Shown in pieces: positions 19,569 to 28,542 of a stretch of 64,000 bases of DNA (its first letter is position 1; the number at the start of each line of letters is the position of its first letter). Position numbers and translations under genes: made by a program. Origin of the DNA: Candidatus Auribacterota bacterium (GTDB lineage: Bacteria > Auribacterota > Tritonobacteria > UBA1439); contig JAPLCX010000083.1 in the NCBI GenBank assembly GCA_026392035.1, forward strand, positions 4,597 to 68,596, read 5' to 3'. The notes beneath the pieces are model-generated. The model saw only the letters and a list, made by a program, of their open reading frames with translations. It was not told the DNA's origin and made no database searches.

Positions 19569-20723
19569 TCATCTTCTGGATAAGAGCGCATTGTATAAAT
19601 TTATATATCTCGGAATAACATACTCGCTGGAATAGCACTTTCCGATCTTTTCCCTTGCTCGCCTTCCCAAAAGCCTTGCGCCCTGTTCATCATTCAATAT
19701 TCCCAGGATAGCCTGCGCCAACTCCTCACTACTGCTTGGTCGCACCAGAATGCCATCAACGCCATCCTCAATCAGATCAGTATTGCCGCCTATCACTGTA
19801 GCAACACACGGGAGGCCGCAAGCCATAGCCTCCATAAGTGAGTTGGATAAACCTTCAGAGAGCGAGTGAAGGATGAAGATATCGCTGGCTTGAAAATAGG
19901 AGGAAATGGTGCTCGTCTTAGGTAAGAACAATACCTTCCCTTGTAAGTTTAAGTCGCATATCTGATTTTCTAAATCCGCTTTCAGCTTCCCCTCACCAAT
20001 CAGCACAAGGATGGAATGCGGGTAGTGAAAAGATACTTCAGCCCATGCTTCGATCAAACACGAAGGAGTCTTCTGGGGAACTAACCTCCCTATAAACAAT
20101 GCTATTTTGTTATCTGCGGGGAGGCAAAGGTCGCTCCGTAATCGCATCTTTACGCCATCTTGAACAGGATGAAACTTCTTCAGATCTACAAAGTTGGGTA
20201 TATGGAATATTTTTCCAGGGCTCAAGCCAAGCATCCCTAACTCATATTCTATTTGCCTGCTAATAGCAATGAAGGCGTCCACTCGATTGCAGATCGCACT
20301 GAGAAGTCTGGTCCCTATTATCTTCCTTATCCTTGCTAATTCACCGAACTGTCCTCCACATGCGATTTTAACTACAACCTTTTTATTGAATAACCAGGAA
20401 ATAACCAATGCAGACAAAGTGTGGTGATACAGAATATGAGTATGAATAACATCGTAATCATCCCTTTTTCTGTAGAGAAATACAAAGGTACTTAACAAAT
20501 AGCTTATGCCGCATATAAATCTCCATCTCAAGGGCATGATATCTCTGTAAACAAGCAGGCCATCTAAATCCTCTACCCTTTGCAAACCCCTTATCCTCTC
20601 AGTAAGGACGAATACTTTCAGGCCGCCTTTTATCAATTCCCGGGCCAGGTTCTCCGTCTGTTTCTCTGCCCCGCCGATAACGGGATGGAACAGGGAGCAA
20701 ATCATGCAAATCCTAGGACTCAT
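19569..20723 (-). CDS. glycosyltransferase family 4
   Basis: HPVIGGAEKQ N-terminal GT4 motif and C-terminal LSEGLSNSLMEAMACGLP; AT-rich gene. Confidence 0.75.
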   Translation of the reverse strand: MSPRICMICSLFHPVIGGAEKQTENLARELIKGGLKVFVLTERIRGLQRVEDLDGLLVYRDIMPLRWRFICGISYLLSTFVFLYRKRDDYDVIHTHILYHHTLSALVISWLFNKKVVVKIACGGQFGELARIRKIIGTRLLSAICNRVDAFIAISRQIEYELGMLGLSPGKIFHIPNFVDLKKFHPVQDGVKMRLRSDLCLPADNKIALFIGRLVPQKTPSCLIEAWAEVSFHYPHSILVLIGEGKLKADLENQICDLNLQGKVLFLPKTSTISSYFQASDIFILHSLSEGLSNSLMEAMACGLPCVATVIGGNTDLIEDGVDGILVRPSSSEELAQAILGILNDEQGARLLGRRAREKIGKCYSSEYVIPRYINLYNALLSRR

Positions 20724-20804
20724 ATCAAATCTCGGATCATGTTCGATGGTCTGGGCTGCAGCCCGGACTTCTGCTCAGGATTAATCGGCATTCTGCGGGA
20801 AAAA

Positions 20805-20978
20805 TCATTTGCTCTTTGCTTCCGGCACCTCGGCCTCGTCAATGAGCATTATCGGAATGCCGTCTCTTATGGGGTACCTGCGACCGCATTGTGTGCAGAC
20901 GATCTTCTCGTCTTCGAGTTTGACATCCGCCTTGCAGGCAGGACATGCGAGAATATCTAATAATTCTTTGTCAATCAT
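20805..20978 (-). CDS. Trm112-family zinc-ribbon protein (UPF0434)
   Basis: LLDILACPACKADV...CTQCGRRYPIRDGIPIML; ORF reaches 21002, start likely MIDKELL. Confidence 0.7.
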   Translation of the reverse strand: MIDKELLDILACPACKADVKLEDEKIVCTQCGRRYPIRDGIPIMLIDEAEVPEAKSK

Positions 20979-21001
20979 CCTTTGTCCTCCTCTCTCATGC
21001 A

Positions 21002-21101
21002 ATCCGCAATCTTGCTATTCAGCAAATGCTTTCTCCCGCGGATAAACGCCTCTTTGAAAGATACTCTGATAATCCGCGATTATCCGCGCCTATCCGCGGA
21101 T
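21002..21101. promoter_or_regulatory. ATCCGCG half-site array (three sites phased at 10 bp, the last palindromic ATCCGCGGAT, plus a mirrored CGCGGAT) in the radC–trm112 intergenic region
   Basis: ATCCGCG at 21072, 21082, 21092; CCGCGGAT at 21036; ATCCGCA at 21002. Confidence 0.45.
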
Positions 21102-21105
21102 TAAA

Positions 21106-21777
21106 TCATAATAAGTTATTCTCTGCAAAGCTGAAATACCCATCCCTGCCGACCACCAGATGGTCCAGGATGCGGATGTCCATGGTACGGCAGGCTTCTG
21201 CGATCGAACTCGTGATGGTTTTATCCTCCGCCGAAGGTTCCGGATGGCCGCTCGGATGATTGTGGACCAAGATCAGCCCCACCGCATGGTGCGCGAGGGC
21301 CGATTCGACAATCTTCCGCGGGTAGACCACCGCGCGGTCAACCGTCCCCTCATGGATGGTCTCGTAGTCCATCACCTCATTCTTGACATTGAGAAAGATG
21401 ACCATAAAATCCTCGCGAGGGAGGGAGGCGAGCTTCATCCTGGCGAAATCCACGACCGCGCGGGGCGAGGAGAGCAGGTCCCGGCTCATCATCTTCTCTG
21501 CCATATACTCCGTGCAGAGCTCTTTGATCAGTGGGATGAGCAATGCCGACCGCGGCCCGATCCCCTTCACCGACTCGAGCTCGCGCGGGCTCGCGTCAAT
21601 GACCGCCGAGAGGCTGCCGAATCGCTCGATGAGACTTTTGGCGAGCGGCTTGACGTCCCTTCGAGAGATCACATAGGTGAGGAGAAGTTCGAGCGACTCG
21701 TAGTCGTGCATCGCCACCGCGCCGCTCTTCTCGAACCGTTCCCGCAGCCGCGTCCGGTGATGGAGATAGTGTGGCAT
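21106..21777 (-). CDS. radC: RadC-like JAB/MPN-domain protein
   Basis: HNHPSG JAMM motif and helix-hairpin-helix N-domain; ATG at 21777 lies 5 nt from the left arm of a 25-bp inverted repeat. Confidence 0.8.
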   Translation of the reverse strand: MPHYLHHRTRLRERFEKSGAVAMHDYESLELLLTYVISRRDVKPLAKSLIERFGSLSAVIDASPRELESVKGIGPRSALLIPLIKELCTEYMAEKMMSRDLLSSPRAVVDFARMKLASLPREDFMVIFLNVKNEVMDYETIHEGTVDRAVVYPRKIVESALAHHAVGLILVHNHPSGHPEPSAEDKTITSSIAEACRTMDIRILDHLVVGRDGYFSFAENNLL

Positions 21778-21781
21778 TTTT

Positions 21782-21911
21782 GAAAAAGGGGACAGGCTAC
21801 TTTTTCTGTTGAGTTTATGCATCGGTAGTGCTTTTCATCTGTGTGAGAGAGTGATTTTTTCTTTCCTTTTGATTCTTATCCGAGGTGAAAAAGTAGCCTG
21901 TCCCCTTTTTC
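21782..21911. repeat. perfect 25-bp inverted repeat (gaaaaaggggacaggctactttttc / gaaaaagtagcctgtcccctttttc) enclosing an 80-bp AT-rich loop
   Basis: Arms at 21782-21806 and 21887-21911; the loop holds the rfbD stop codon and the motif CACACAGATGAAAAGCAC (minus-strand reading). Confidence 0.75.
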
Positions 21912-22750
21912 ATGTACTCCCCTACCGCCTCTCTCCATTGCCGCATCGGGGCGCCAGTCAGCCCGGCGTAGCGTGAGCCATCGAGCGCCGAGAACGGCGG
22001 CCGCGGGGCGGGGCGAGAGAGGCGTTCGCTCGTGATCTCGTTCACCCTCACACCGCTGATCCCCCCGAGTTCGAGGATCGCGCGGGCGTACTCGCACCAG
22101 GAACAGACGCCGCTATTCGTCACATTGACGATGCCCCGGCAGTCTGTCATGAGCAGCGAGCCGATTGCCTTGGCGAGATCGCGCGCGTAGGTGGGGCAAC
22201 CGCGCTGGTCTCCCACCACCTCAAGGACAGGCTGCCTGGCCGCGGCCCTGAGTATCGTGTCAACAAAGTTCTTCCCGTGCAGGCCGAAGAGCCACGAGGT
22301 TCTGACAATGATATAGTCGTCGAGGCCGCGCCGGACCGCCTGCTCCCCGGCCAGTTTCGATTTCCCGTATGCGCTCTGGGGATTTGTCGCCGCGTCCTCT
22401 CGGTAGGGCTTTTTCGCGCGGCCGTCGAAGACGTAGTCCGTGCTCAGGTAAATCATCCTGGCGCAGGCGGCGCGGCAGGCCGCGGCGACGTACCCCGCCC
22501 CCTGCGCGTTAACGGCGAACGCACCGTCCGGGTCACCCTCGCACCCATCGACATCCGTGCGCGCGGCCGCGTTGACGACAGCATGCGGCCTGAGCTCCCT
22601 GATATACGCCTCCGTGCCCTCTCTATCGGTGATATCAACCTCGCCGATGTCAACGCCGGTGAGCTCCCACGCGGGCGAGAGAATATCCATCAGCTCGTGC
22701 CCGAGCATGCCCGCTGCCCCGATCACCAGGATTCTCTCATGTGTGGCCAT
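21815..22750 (-). CDS. rfbD: dTDP-4-dehydrorhamnose reductase
   Basis: ILVIGAAGMLG Rossmann start and YGKSK catalytic motif; the C-terminal ~30 codons run into the inverted-repeat element. Confidence 0.85.
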   Translation of the reverse strand: MATHERILVIGAAGMLGHELMDILSPAWELTGVDIGEVDITDREGTEAYIRELRPHAVVNAAARTDVDGCEGDPDGAFAVNAQGAGYVAAACRAACARMIYLSTDYVFDGRAKKPYREDAATNPQSAYGKSKLAGEQAVRRGLDDYIIVRTSWLFGLHGKNFVDTILRAAARQPVLEVVGDQRGCPTYARDLAKAIGSLLMTDCRGIVNVTNSGVCSWCEYARAILELGGISGVRVNEITSERLSRPAPRPPFSALDGSRYAGLTGAPMRQWREAVGEYMKKGTGYFFTSDKNQKERKNHSLTQMKSTTDA

Positions 22751-22880
22751 TGTTCAACCCTGAAGGCAATCTCTTGATCCGAACCGGCGAACCGGTGTAT
22801 CGGCGAAAAGGAACGTTGATCATTGAACTGTGTATGCTATTGCGCCGTCTCGCCGATTCGCCCTGTCGCCGTTTCGCGGG

Positions 22881-23891
22881 CTATGCCTGCTCACGCTCCA
22901 CGTACTGCTTCCGGTAGTACTCCCAGTACTCCCCGCTCTTCAGCTTATCCCACCACCACTCGTTGCGGGCGTACCAGTCAACCGTCTCCCCCATCGCCTT
23001 CTTGAAATCCCCCCGCGGCCGCCAGCCGAGCTTTTTCACCTTGTCGCAGTTGAGCGAGTAGCGCCGGTCATGCCCCTGCCTGTCCTTGACCTGTTTTATG
23101 AGAGTGCGGGGCTTTTTCAGGCAATCAAGAATGAAATGGGTAAGTTCGACATTGGGAATCTCGTTCCCCCCCCCGACGTTGTACACCTCGCCGTCAGTTC
23201 CCGCTTCGATGAGGAGCGCGACCGCGGCGCAGTGGTCCTCCACGAACAGCCAGTCCCGCACGTTCATGCCGTCGCCGTAGAGCGGGACGGGAATGTCCCT
23301 GAGCGCGTTGGTGACGAAAAGCGGTATAACCTTTTCCGGATACTGGTATGGCCCGAAGTTGTTGGAGGCCCTCGTGATGACCACCGGGAGCTGATAGGTC
23401 GCCCAGTAGGAATAGGCGAGCCTGTCGGCGCCGGCCTTGCTCGCGGCGTAGGGGTTCCTGGGCATGAGGGGATCGGTCTCCTTGAACGACCCTTTCTCGA
23501 TGCTCCCGTACACTTCATCGGTGGAGATCTGTATAAACTTTTTGATCTTGTGCGCGCGGGCGCTCTCGAGCAGCACGAAGGCCCCGTAGACGTCTGTGCG
23601 GATGAAATCCCCCGCGTGGCCGATCGCGCGGTCAACGTGCGTCTCCGCCGCGAAGTTGGCGATCACCTCGATACCCTCACCCACTATCCTCCGCACCAGC
23701 GACGCGTCGGCGATGTCACCCTTGATGAACCGGTAGCGCGGATCCGACTGGATATCCTTCAGGTTGTCCAGATTCCCCGCGTAGGTGAGCTTGTCGAGGT
23801 TGACGATCGAGCAGTCCCTGTGTTTTGAGAGATAGTACCGTATGAAGTTCGAGCCTATGAATCCGGCGCCGCCGGTCACGAGCAGTTTCAT
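22881..23891 (-). CDS. rfbB: dTDP-glucose 4,6-dehydratase
   Basis: LLVTGGAGFIGSNF and YAASKAGAD motifs; ORF reaches 23951, start likely MKLLVTGG. Confidence 0.9.
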   Translation of the reverse strand: MKLLVTGGAGFIGSNFIRYYLSKHRDCSIVNLDKLTYAGNLDNLKDIQSDPRYRFIKGDIADASLVRRIVGEGIEVIANFAAETHVDRAIGHAGDFIRTDVYGAFVLLESARAHKIKKFIQISTDEVYGSIEKGSFKETDPLMPRNPYAASKAGADRLAYSYWATYQLPVVITRASNNFGPYQYPEKVIPLFVTNALRDIPVPLYGDGMNVRDWLFVEDHCAAVALLIEAGTDGEVYNVGGGNEIPNVELTHFILDCLKKPRTLIKQVKDRQGHDRRYSLNCDKVKKLGWRPRGDFKKAMGETVDWYARNEWWWDKLKSGEYWEYYRKQYVEREQA

Positions 23892-23955
23892 GAAGTCACC
23901 ATGTATTGTTGAGGGTTGGGAGTTGAGGACATGAGGCGTTATAACTCTCAACTGC

Positions 23956-24693
23956 TCACATATCCATCTTATTGGCCCCGCGTTCGTAGACGAGCATGTT
24001 GACCTTCATCAACCGATCAATGGAAGCCCCCGCGTCAGCCCACCATCCCTTCAGTATGTCATAGGTCATCTTACCCTTCTCGATGTACGCGTTGTTCACA
24101 TCGGTGATCTCGAGCTCGGCGCGGCCGGAGGGAGTGATGGTTTTTATGATACTGAAAACATCATGATCGTACAGGTAGATACCGATCACGGCGTAGTTGC
24201 TGACAGGTTTATCAGGTTTCTCTACGATATGGACAATCCTGTCTCCTGTGACCTCCGCGACGCCATAATCTTGAGGGTTGTCGACTACCTTCAGGAGGAT
24301 CTTCGCTCCGTCGGCCTGCCGCTTGAAATCACTCACCGCTTTGAGGATGTTCCCCTCGATAATGTTATCGCCCAGCATGACCGCGAGCTTTTCCCCTTCC
24401 GCAAAGTGCTCGGCGAGTGAGAGCGCCTCCGCGATCCCCCCCTCCCGCTCCTGATACGCGTACTGCAACTCCTTGAGGCCGAACTCCCTCCCGCTCCCCA
24501 GAAGCCGGAGAAAATCGCCTGCATTATTGCCCCCCGTCACGATGAGGATATCGTCGATTCCCGCGTTGACCAGAGTCTGGAGAGGATAATAAATCATCGG
24601 CTTGTCATAGATAGGGAGAAGGTGCTTGTTGGTGATTTTTGTGAGCGGCGAGAGCCTCGTCCCAAGCCCTCCCGCGAGTATCACTCCTTTCAT
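23956..24693 (-). CDS. rfbA: glucose-1-phosphate thymidylyltransferase-like sugar nucleotidyltransferase (short form)
   Basis: MKGVILAGGLGTRLSPLT nucleotidyltransferase signature. Confidence 0.8.
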   Translation of the reverse strand: MKGVILAGGLGTRLSPLTKITNKHLLPIYDKPMIYYPLQTLVNAGIDDILIVTGGNNAGDFLRLLGSGREFGLKELQYAYQEREGGIAEALSLAEHFAEGEKLAVMLGDNIIEGNILKAVSDFKRQADGAKILLKVVDNPQDYGVAEVTGDRIVHIVEKPDKPVSNYAVIGIYLYDHDVFSIIKTITPSGRAELEITDVNNAYIEKGKMTYDILKGWWADAGASIDRLMKVNMLVYERGANKMDM

Positions 24694-24771
24694 GGTCACC
24701 CCCTTAATGTGCATGCCGCCACTATTATTCCGCAGCCCCTACCTACTCGCTACCAGCTGCTCACTACCGTA

Positions 24772-25227
24772 CTACTTCTCCTTGATGCCCCACTCATAGG
24801 GAATGTCGTTCTCATGAGGGGGGATCCGGTACTCATCAGGTTCGCTCCTGTTGTAGCATCGCGTGGGCAAATTGATCAGGAGACAGGGTTCACCCCCCAC
24901 CGTTTTATAGCCGTGCATGACGAGTTCGGGGATACGGATGATAATCCTGTTGTGCTCACCCACGAAAAACTCATTCACCTCACCATGCGTGGGGGAGCCC
25001 TCACGCCCGTCATAGGCCACGATCTTTGCCATCCCCTTGACCACCGCGATGAAGTCGACCTGCTTCTTGTGATAATGCCACGCGCGCACCACGCCGGGAT
25101 AATTCAGGGATACGTAGAGCTGGCCAAACCCCTCGAAGAACTCTTCATCGCAGCGCAGGATCTCCTGCAGGCACCCCCGCTCATCGGCATGCGGCCTCAA
25201 CTCTTTGATTTTAACTCCGCTGATCAT
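24772..25227 (-). CDS. rfbC: dTDP-4-dehydrorhamnose 3,5-epimerase (cupin)
   Basis: 151 aa cupin with ...AWHYHKKQVDF... motif; completes the rfbCABD set. Confidence 0.85.
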   Translation of the reverse strand: MISGVKIKELRPHADERGCLQEILRCDEEFFEGFGQLYVSLNYPGVVRAWHYHKKQVDFIAVVKGMAKIVAYDGREGSPTHGEVNEFFVGEHNRIIIRIPELVMHGYKTVGGEPCLLINLPTRCYNRSEPDEYRIPPHENDIPYEWGIKEK

Positions 25228-25354
25228 TGCGTCTCTCCTTTCAGGTTACAGCTCACAAAATGGAAGAGAATCAGAGTTATTATATCACGATGCCGCGGAG
25301 ATTCAGCACTGCTTTTCCCCTCACCCGGTAAGGGGTCACTTATAGAGGGGGGCC

Positions 25355-25451
25355 ACGGATCCCGCTAAGCGGGACGGATTATGACGGATATTCACAGATG
25401 AAAAGAAAGCTTCATCTGCGGCCATCCGTGTGGTTATCCGTGAAAATCCGT
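25355..25451. promoter_or_regulatory. symmetric array of 10-bp-phased ACGGAT/ACAGAT half-sites mirrored by CATCTG/ATCCGT half-sites (putative regulator operator) upstream of rfbC
   Basis: ACGGAT at 25355, 25374, 25384; ACAGATGAA at 25394; then TTCATCTG at 25412 and ATCCGT at 25424, 25436, 25446. Confidence 0.5.
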
Positions 25452-25463
25452 GGCGAACATCAT

Positions 25464-26516
25464 TTAGAGCATCCCGCCGATGAGGCTCCATGACATCACG
25501 AGGGCGCGTATGACCAGGTCAAGTGCCAGGGCTTGATCTGCGTGGATTCCCAGCGCGCCAAACAATTTGCAATACGCGACCTCCCCCGTCCCCCAGCCCG
25601 AGGGGGTAACGGGTATCGCGCATATTGTCCCGATGAGAGGAATGAGGAGGAGGAGGTGTCCATAGGTCACCTCCGCCATGCCGAGCATCTTTGCGATCCG
25701 GTAGACAATGGCGATCGTGACGAGCTGCAATACGAGCGAAATGAGCAGCGCCCCGCAGAGTGCGGATTTGTGCGTGCGATATGTGTACAGCGCGCGGTAG
25801 AGCCGGCGGACATTTTCCTCAAAGGGGAGCCGGCTGAGCGCTCTTTTCGCGAATGGAATTCTCCTGAGGATATCCTTACTGTAGAGCACCAGGAGACCGG
25901 CGCAGGTCACGAGAAAGAACGCGAGAAACAGACATGACGCCGCGCGGAGGCGGGGATTACGGCCATTGATCATAATGCCAGCGAAGCCAATGCCGAAGAA
26001 CGTCAGGAATCCGACAGTCCTGTCTGCGATGACCGAGATGAGGGCGCCCTCCCCCCTCCCCGGAGCTGCCCGCGCTAGGTAATACGCCTTGAGCACGTCG
26101 CCGCCCATCGAGCCGAGCATGATGTTGTTGAAAAAGAGGCCGATAAAGCAGTATCGCAAGATATTGATATACCGAACGCCGATATCCTGGACCTTCACGA
26201 GCATCTGCCAGCGCCAGGCGCTCATCAGCCACAGGACTCCATAGGCCGCCCCGCAGGCAAGAATGCTCCCCCGGTTCACGCCGCGGAGATAGCCGGCGAG
26301 CTCATGCAGGTCCACCTTCCTGTAGATAACGAAGGCGACTATCCCTGCCGCCAGCCCGATCTTACAAAGCATGAGAAGCTTATTCCGCAGCGATATGTTC
26401 ATATGGTGGACCAGGCACATCGATGTGCGAGCTGGCTGAGTGCGAAACTTTGTCGTGATACGCCTCGGCGCTTGATTCTGAGCTGTCGTTTGTGATAGTG
26501 TATTACTGTATAACAA
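25464..26516 (-). CDS. flippase-like membrane protein (lysyl-phosphatidylglycerol synthase TM-region/UPF0104 family)
   Basis: Multi-TM protein with ...NNIMLGSMGGDVLKAYYLA... motif of this family; start codon uncertain (no clear RBS). Confidence 0.55.
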   Translation of the reverse strand: MLYSNTLSQTTAQNQAPRRITTKFRTQPARTSMCLVHHMNISLRNKLLMLCKIGLAAGIVAFVIYRKVDLHELAGYLRGVNRGSILACGAAYGVLWLMSAWRWQMLVKVQDIGVRYINILRYCFIGLFFNNIMLGSMGGDVLKAYYLARAAPGRGEGALISVIADRTVGFLTFFGIGFAGIMINGRNPRLRAASCLFLAFFLVTCAGLLVLYSKDILRRIPFAKRALSRLPFEENVRRLYRALYTYRTHKSALCGALLISLVLQLVTIAIVYRIAKMLGMAEVTYGHLLLLIPLIGTICAIPVTPSGWGTGEVAYCKLFGALGIHADQALALDLVIRALVMSWSLIGGML

Positions 26517-26538
26517 CTACGGACTGGGGAGAAGCACA

Positions 26539-26859
26539 ATGGTGAAGAGATTATCGCTCGCGTGCCTGATACTGCTGCTCGCCGCGGCCCTTGACCGCGC
26601 GGCATGGCCGCAGGGGCCTCAACCGCTACGGCCACCGGACGCTCCCCCGATCGCATCGGCCGGCAGGATGGTCGGTGATAAGAGCCGTGATACCTTTCTC
26701 GCCGCCGGGGGGTTTTTCACGAAATTCGGCGCGACGGTAGCGCAGGAAAGCACACGTCTCTTTATCAAGCAGGGGAAGTTCTGGAAAAGGTTCGGTCAAT
26801 CCTTCGCTGATTTTCAGGAGCAGCCGGTCGGCCAGCCGCGGAAGATCGATCAGCTATGA
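26539..26859 (+). CDS. small predicted secreted protein (hypothetical)
   Basis: 106-aa plus-strand ORF between two minus-strand genes with an N-terminal signal-peptide-like segment (MVKRLSLACLILLLAAALD); no homology recognised. Confidence 0.3.
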   Translation: MVKRLSLACLILLLAAALDRAAWPQGPQPLRPPDAPPIASAGRMVGDKSRDTFLAAGGFFTKFGATVAQESTRLFIKQGKFWKRFGQSFADFQEQPVGQPRKIDQL

Positions 26860-27620
26860 AGGGCAAGGGCCGTTCCCTTGCCGATTTGCCAGGCACGCCC
26901 TATTTCCCGGCTCACATACGCCTTGCCGGCGCGCACCGCTTTCCCGAGCGGCATACCCTTTGCCAATCCCGCAGCGATTGCGGCAGAGAGAATGCAGCCC
27001 GACCCATGCAATTTCCCGCGCGCGCTCCGCGGGGCGCGCAACGTTGACAATGCCGTGCCGTCGTAATACCAGTCTGTCGCTCCCCCACCGCCGTGCCCTC
27101 CCTTGATGAGCACCGCCCGCGGCCCGTGCGCCCTCAGACGTTTCGCCGCCTCAAGAATATCGCCCCTGCCCCTGATCGTTATCCCCGCAACCTCCTCGGC
27201 CTCAAGGAGATTCGGAGTCACCAGGTCCGCGAGGGGGAAAAGATGCCGCACGAGGGCCTTTTCAGCACGCCGTGACAGGAGGCGGCTCCCACCGTGCGAA
27301 GTGATAACCGGATCGATCACGAGATGCGGGATCCGATACTTTAACAGGCTGCGCCACACCGCAATGATTATCCCCTCGCTCCAGAGCATCCCTGTTTTTA
27401 CCGCGTGCACGCGCATCTCTCCGAGGACCGCATTTATCTGCTCCGATACGATCCGTGGTGAGAGCGGCAGCACGTCCGTCACGCGCGCGCTGTCCTGCGC
27501 GGTTACCGCCGTCACCGCGCAGACGCCGTACACCCCGCACCGCTGGAATGTTTTGAGATCCGCCTGGATCCCCGCCCCGCAGGAGGAATCAGAACCGGCA
27601 ATCGTGAGCACCGTACGCAT
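26850..27620 (-). CDS. thiD: hydroxymethylpyrimidine/phosphomethylpyrimidine kinase
   Basis: VLTIAGSDSSCGAGIQADLKTF... and HGSGCILSAAIAA motifs; ORF reaches 27668. Confidence 0.85.
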   Translation of the reverse strand: MRTVLTIAGSDSSCGAGIQADLKTFQRCGVYGVCAVTAVTAQDSARVTDVLPLSPRIVSEQINAVLGEMRVHAVKTGMLWSEGIIIAVWRSLLKYRIPHLVIDPVITSHGGSRLLSRRAEKALVRHLFPLADLVTPNLLEAEEVAGITIRGRGDILEAAKRLRAHGPRAVLIKGGHGGGGATDWYYDGTALSTLRAPRSARGKLHGSGCILSAAIAAGLAKGMPLGKAVRAGKAYVSREIGRAWQIGKGTALALHS

Positions 27621-27640
27621 CACTCTTCGCACCTCCGCCG

Positions 27641-28057
27641 TTAGCGCGCGTTGAACAGACAGTTGCAAACCTTTGCGACTATAGGAATGTCAGCTGCGGC
27701 AAAATCAAAGCGCCCTATTTCGCCGCTCCCCACCCACCTCAGGTCGTGGCACTCAATGGGGCGTGGCTGGCCGCGAAGGTAGGTGCAGAGATAGCAGAGC
27801 AGGAGCACATGGTACGTTTCGCCGCCCTTCTGGTAGTTGTGTGAAACGACCTCGAAAATGTCATTGACCTCGATATCGAAATCCATTTCCTCTTTGATCT
27901 CCCGGGCAAGACAGACCCGCGGATCTTCCGTGAATTCAATTTTGCCTCCGGGGAACTCCCACTTCAGCGGCTCGAGATTGGAGTCATGCTCCCTCTGGGC
28001 GATGAGGATCTTATCACCTCTGCGGATCACCGCTGCCGCACAGATGATCGGCTTCAC
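27641..28057 (-). CDS. NUDIX hydrolase
   Basis: Nudix box GGKIEFTEDPRVCLAREIKEEMDF; likely GTG start at 28057 overlapping the upstream stop (GTGA), since earlier codons overlap the ArsC-like gene. Confidence 0.65.
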   Translation of the reverse strand: MKPIICAAAVIRRGDKILIAQREHDSNLEPLKWEFPGGKIEFTEDPRVCLAREIKEEMDFDIEVNDIFEVVSHNYQKGGETYHVLLLCYLCTYLRGQPRPIECHDLRWVGSGEIGRFDFAAADIPIVAKVCNCLFNAR

Positions 28058-28461
28058 GCCTTCTCCCTGGACTGCCTGATCAGCCCCAGTATCCGCGCTC
28101 CTATTTCCTCCCGGGCCTTCCGGTACGCGGCGTAGGGCTTGCCCGCGGGATCGGCTATGCCCCCCCAGTCCACGCGTCCTCCGGCACACAACGCGGCGGG
28201 GAGGTCAGCCTCCGGACAGCCGAAATGCACGCAGAGGTCAAATGTTTCATTGTGGAGCGAGTCCAGCCCCCTGGGCGTGAACTCTCCGACCTCAAAGCCG
28301 CGCTCTCTCATCGCCGCTTTCGCCATCCGGTCACCTTCCGGTGCCGGGTGAATACCCGCACTCCTGGCGTCAATGATCCCCTTGCCGAATCTCACCGCGA
28401 ACGCCTCCGCCATCTGGCTGAGGCACGAATTATCCCTGCAGATAAATACAATCTTCTTCAT
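28054..28461 (-). CDS. low-molecular-weight phosphotyrosine-phosphatase / ArsC-family arsenate reductase
   Basis: MKKIVFICRDNSCLSQMAEA P-loop (C-x5-R) at the N-terminus. Confidence 0.7.
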   Translation of the reverse strand: MKKIVFICRDNSCLSQMAEAFAVRFGKGIIDARSAGIHPAPEGDRMAKAAMRERGFEVGEFTPRGLDSLHNETFDLCVHFGCPEADLPAALCAGGRVDWGGIADPAGKPYAAYRKAREEIGARILGLIRQSREKA

Positions 28462-28542
28462 CGGGATCTCTCCTCACGTACCAACACCCGGAATCAGGAA
28501 TACTGAATTCAGTAACCAGAACCGGCGCTCTATGATAGCATA

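Noticed and set aside
22830-23828. 332-aa plus-strand ORF
   Set aside because: Antisense to rfbB; Pro/Val/Arg-rich, no recognisable domain.
27668-28189. Upstream extension of the NUDIX ORF (MCRRTRGLGGHSRSRGQ...)
   Set aside because: Overlaps the ArsC-like gene in another frame and is Arg/Gly-rich without homology; GTG start at 28057 overlapping the upstream stop is more plausible.
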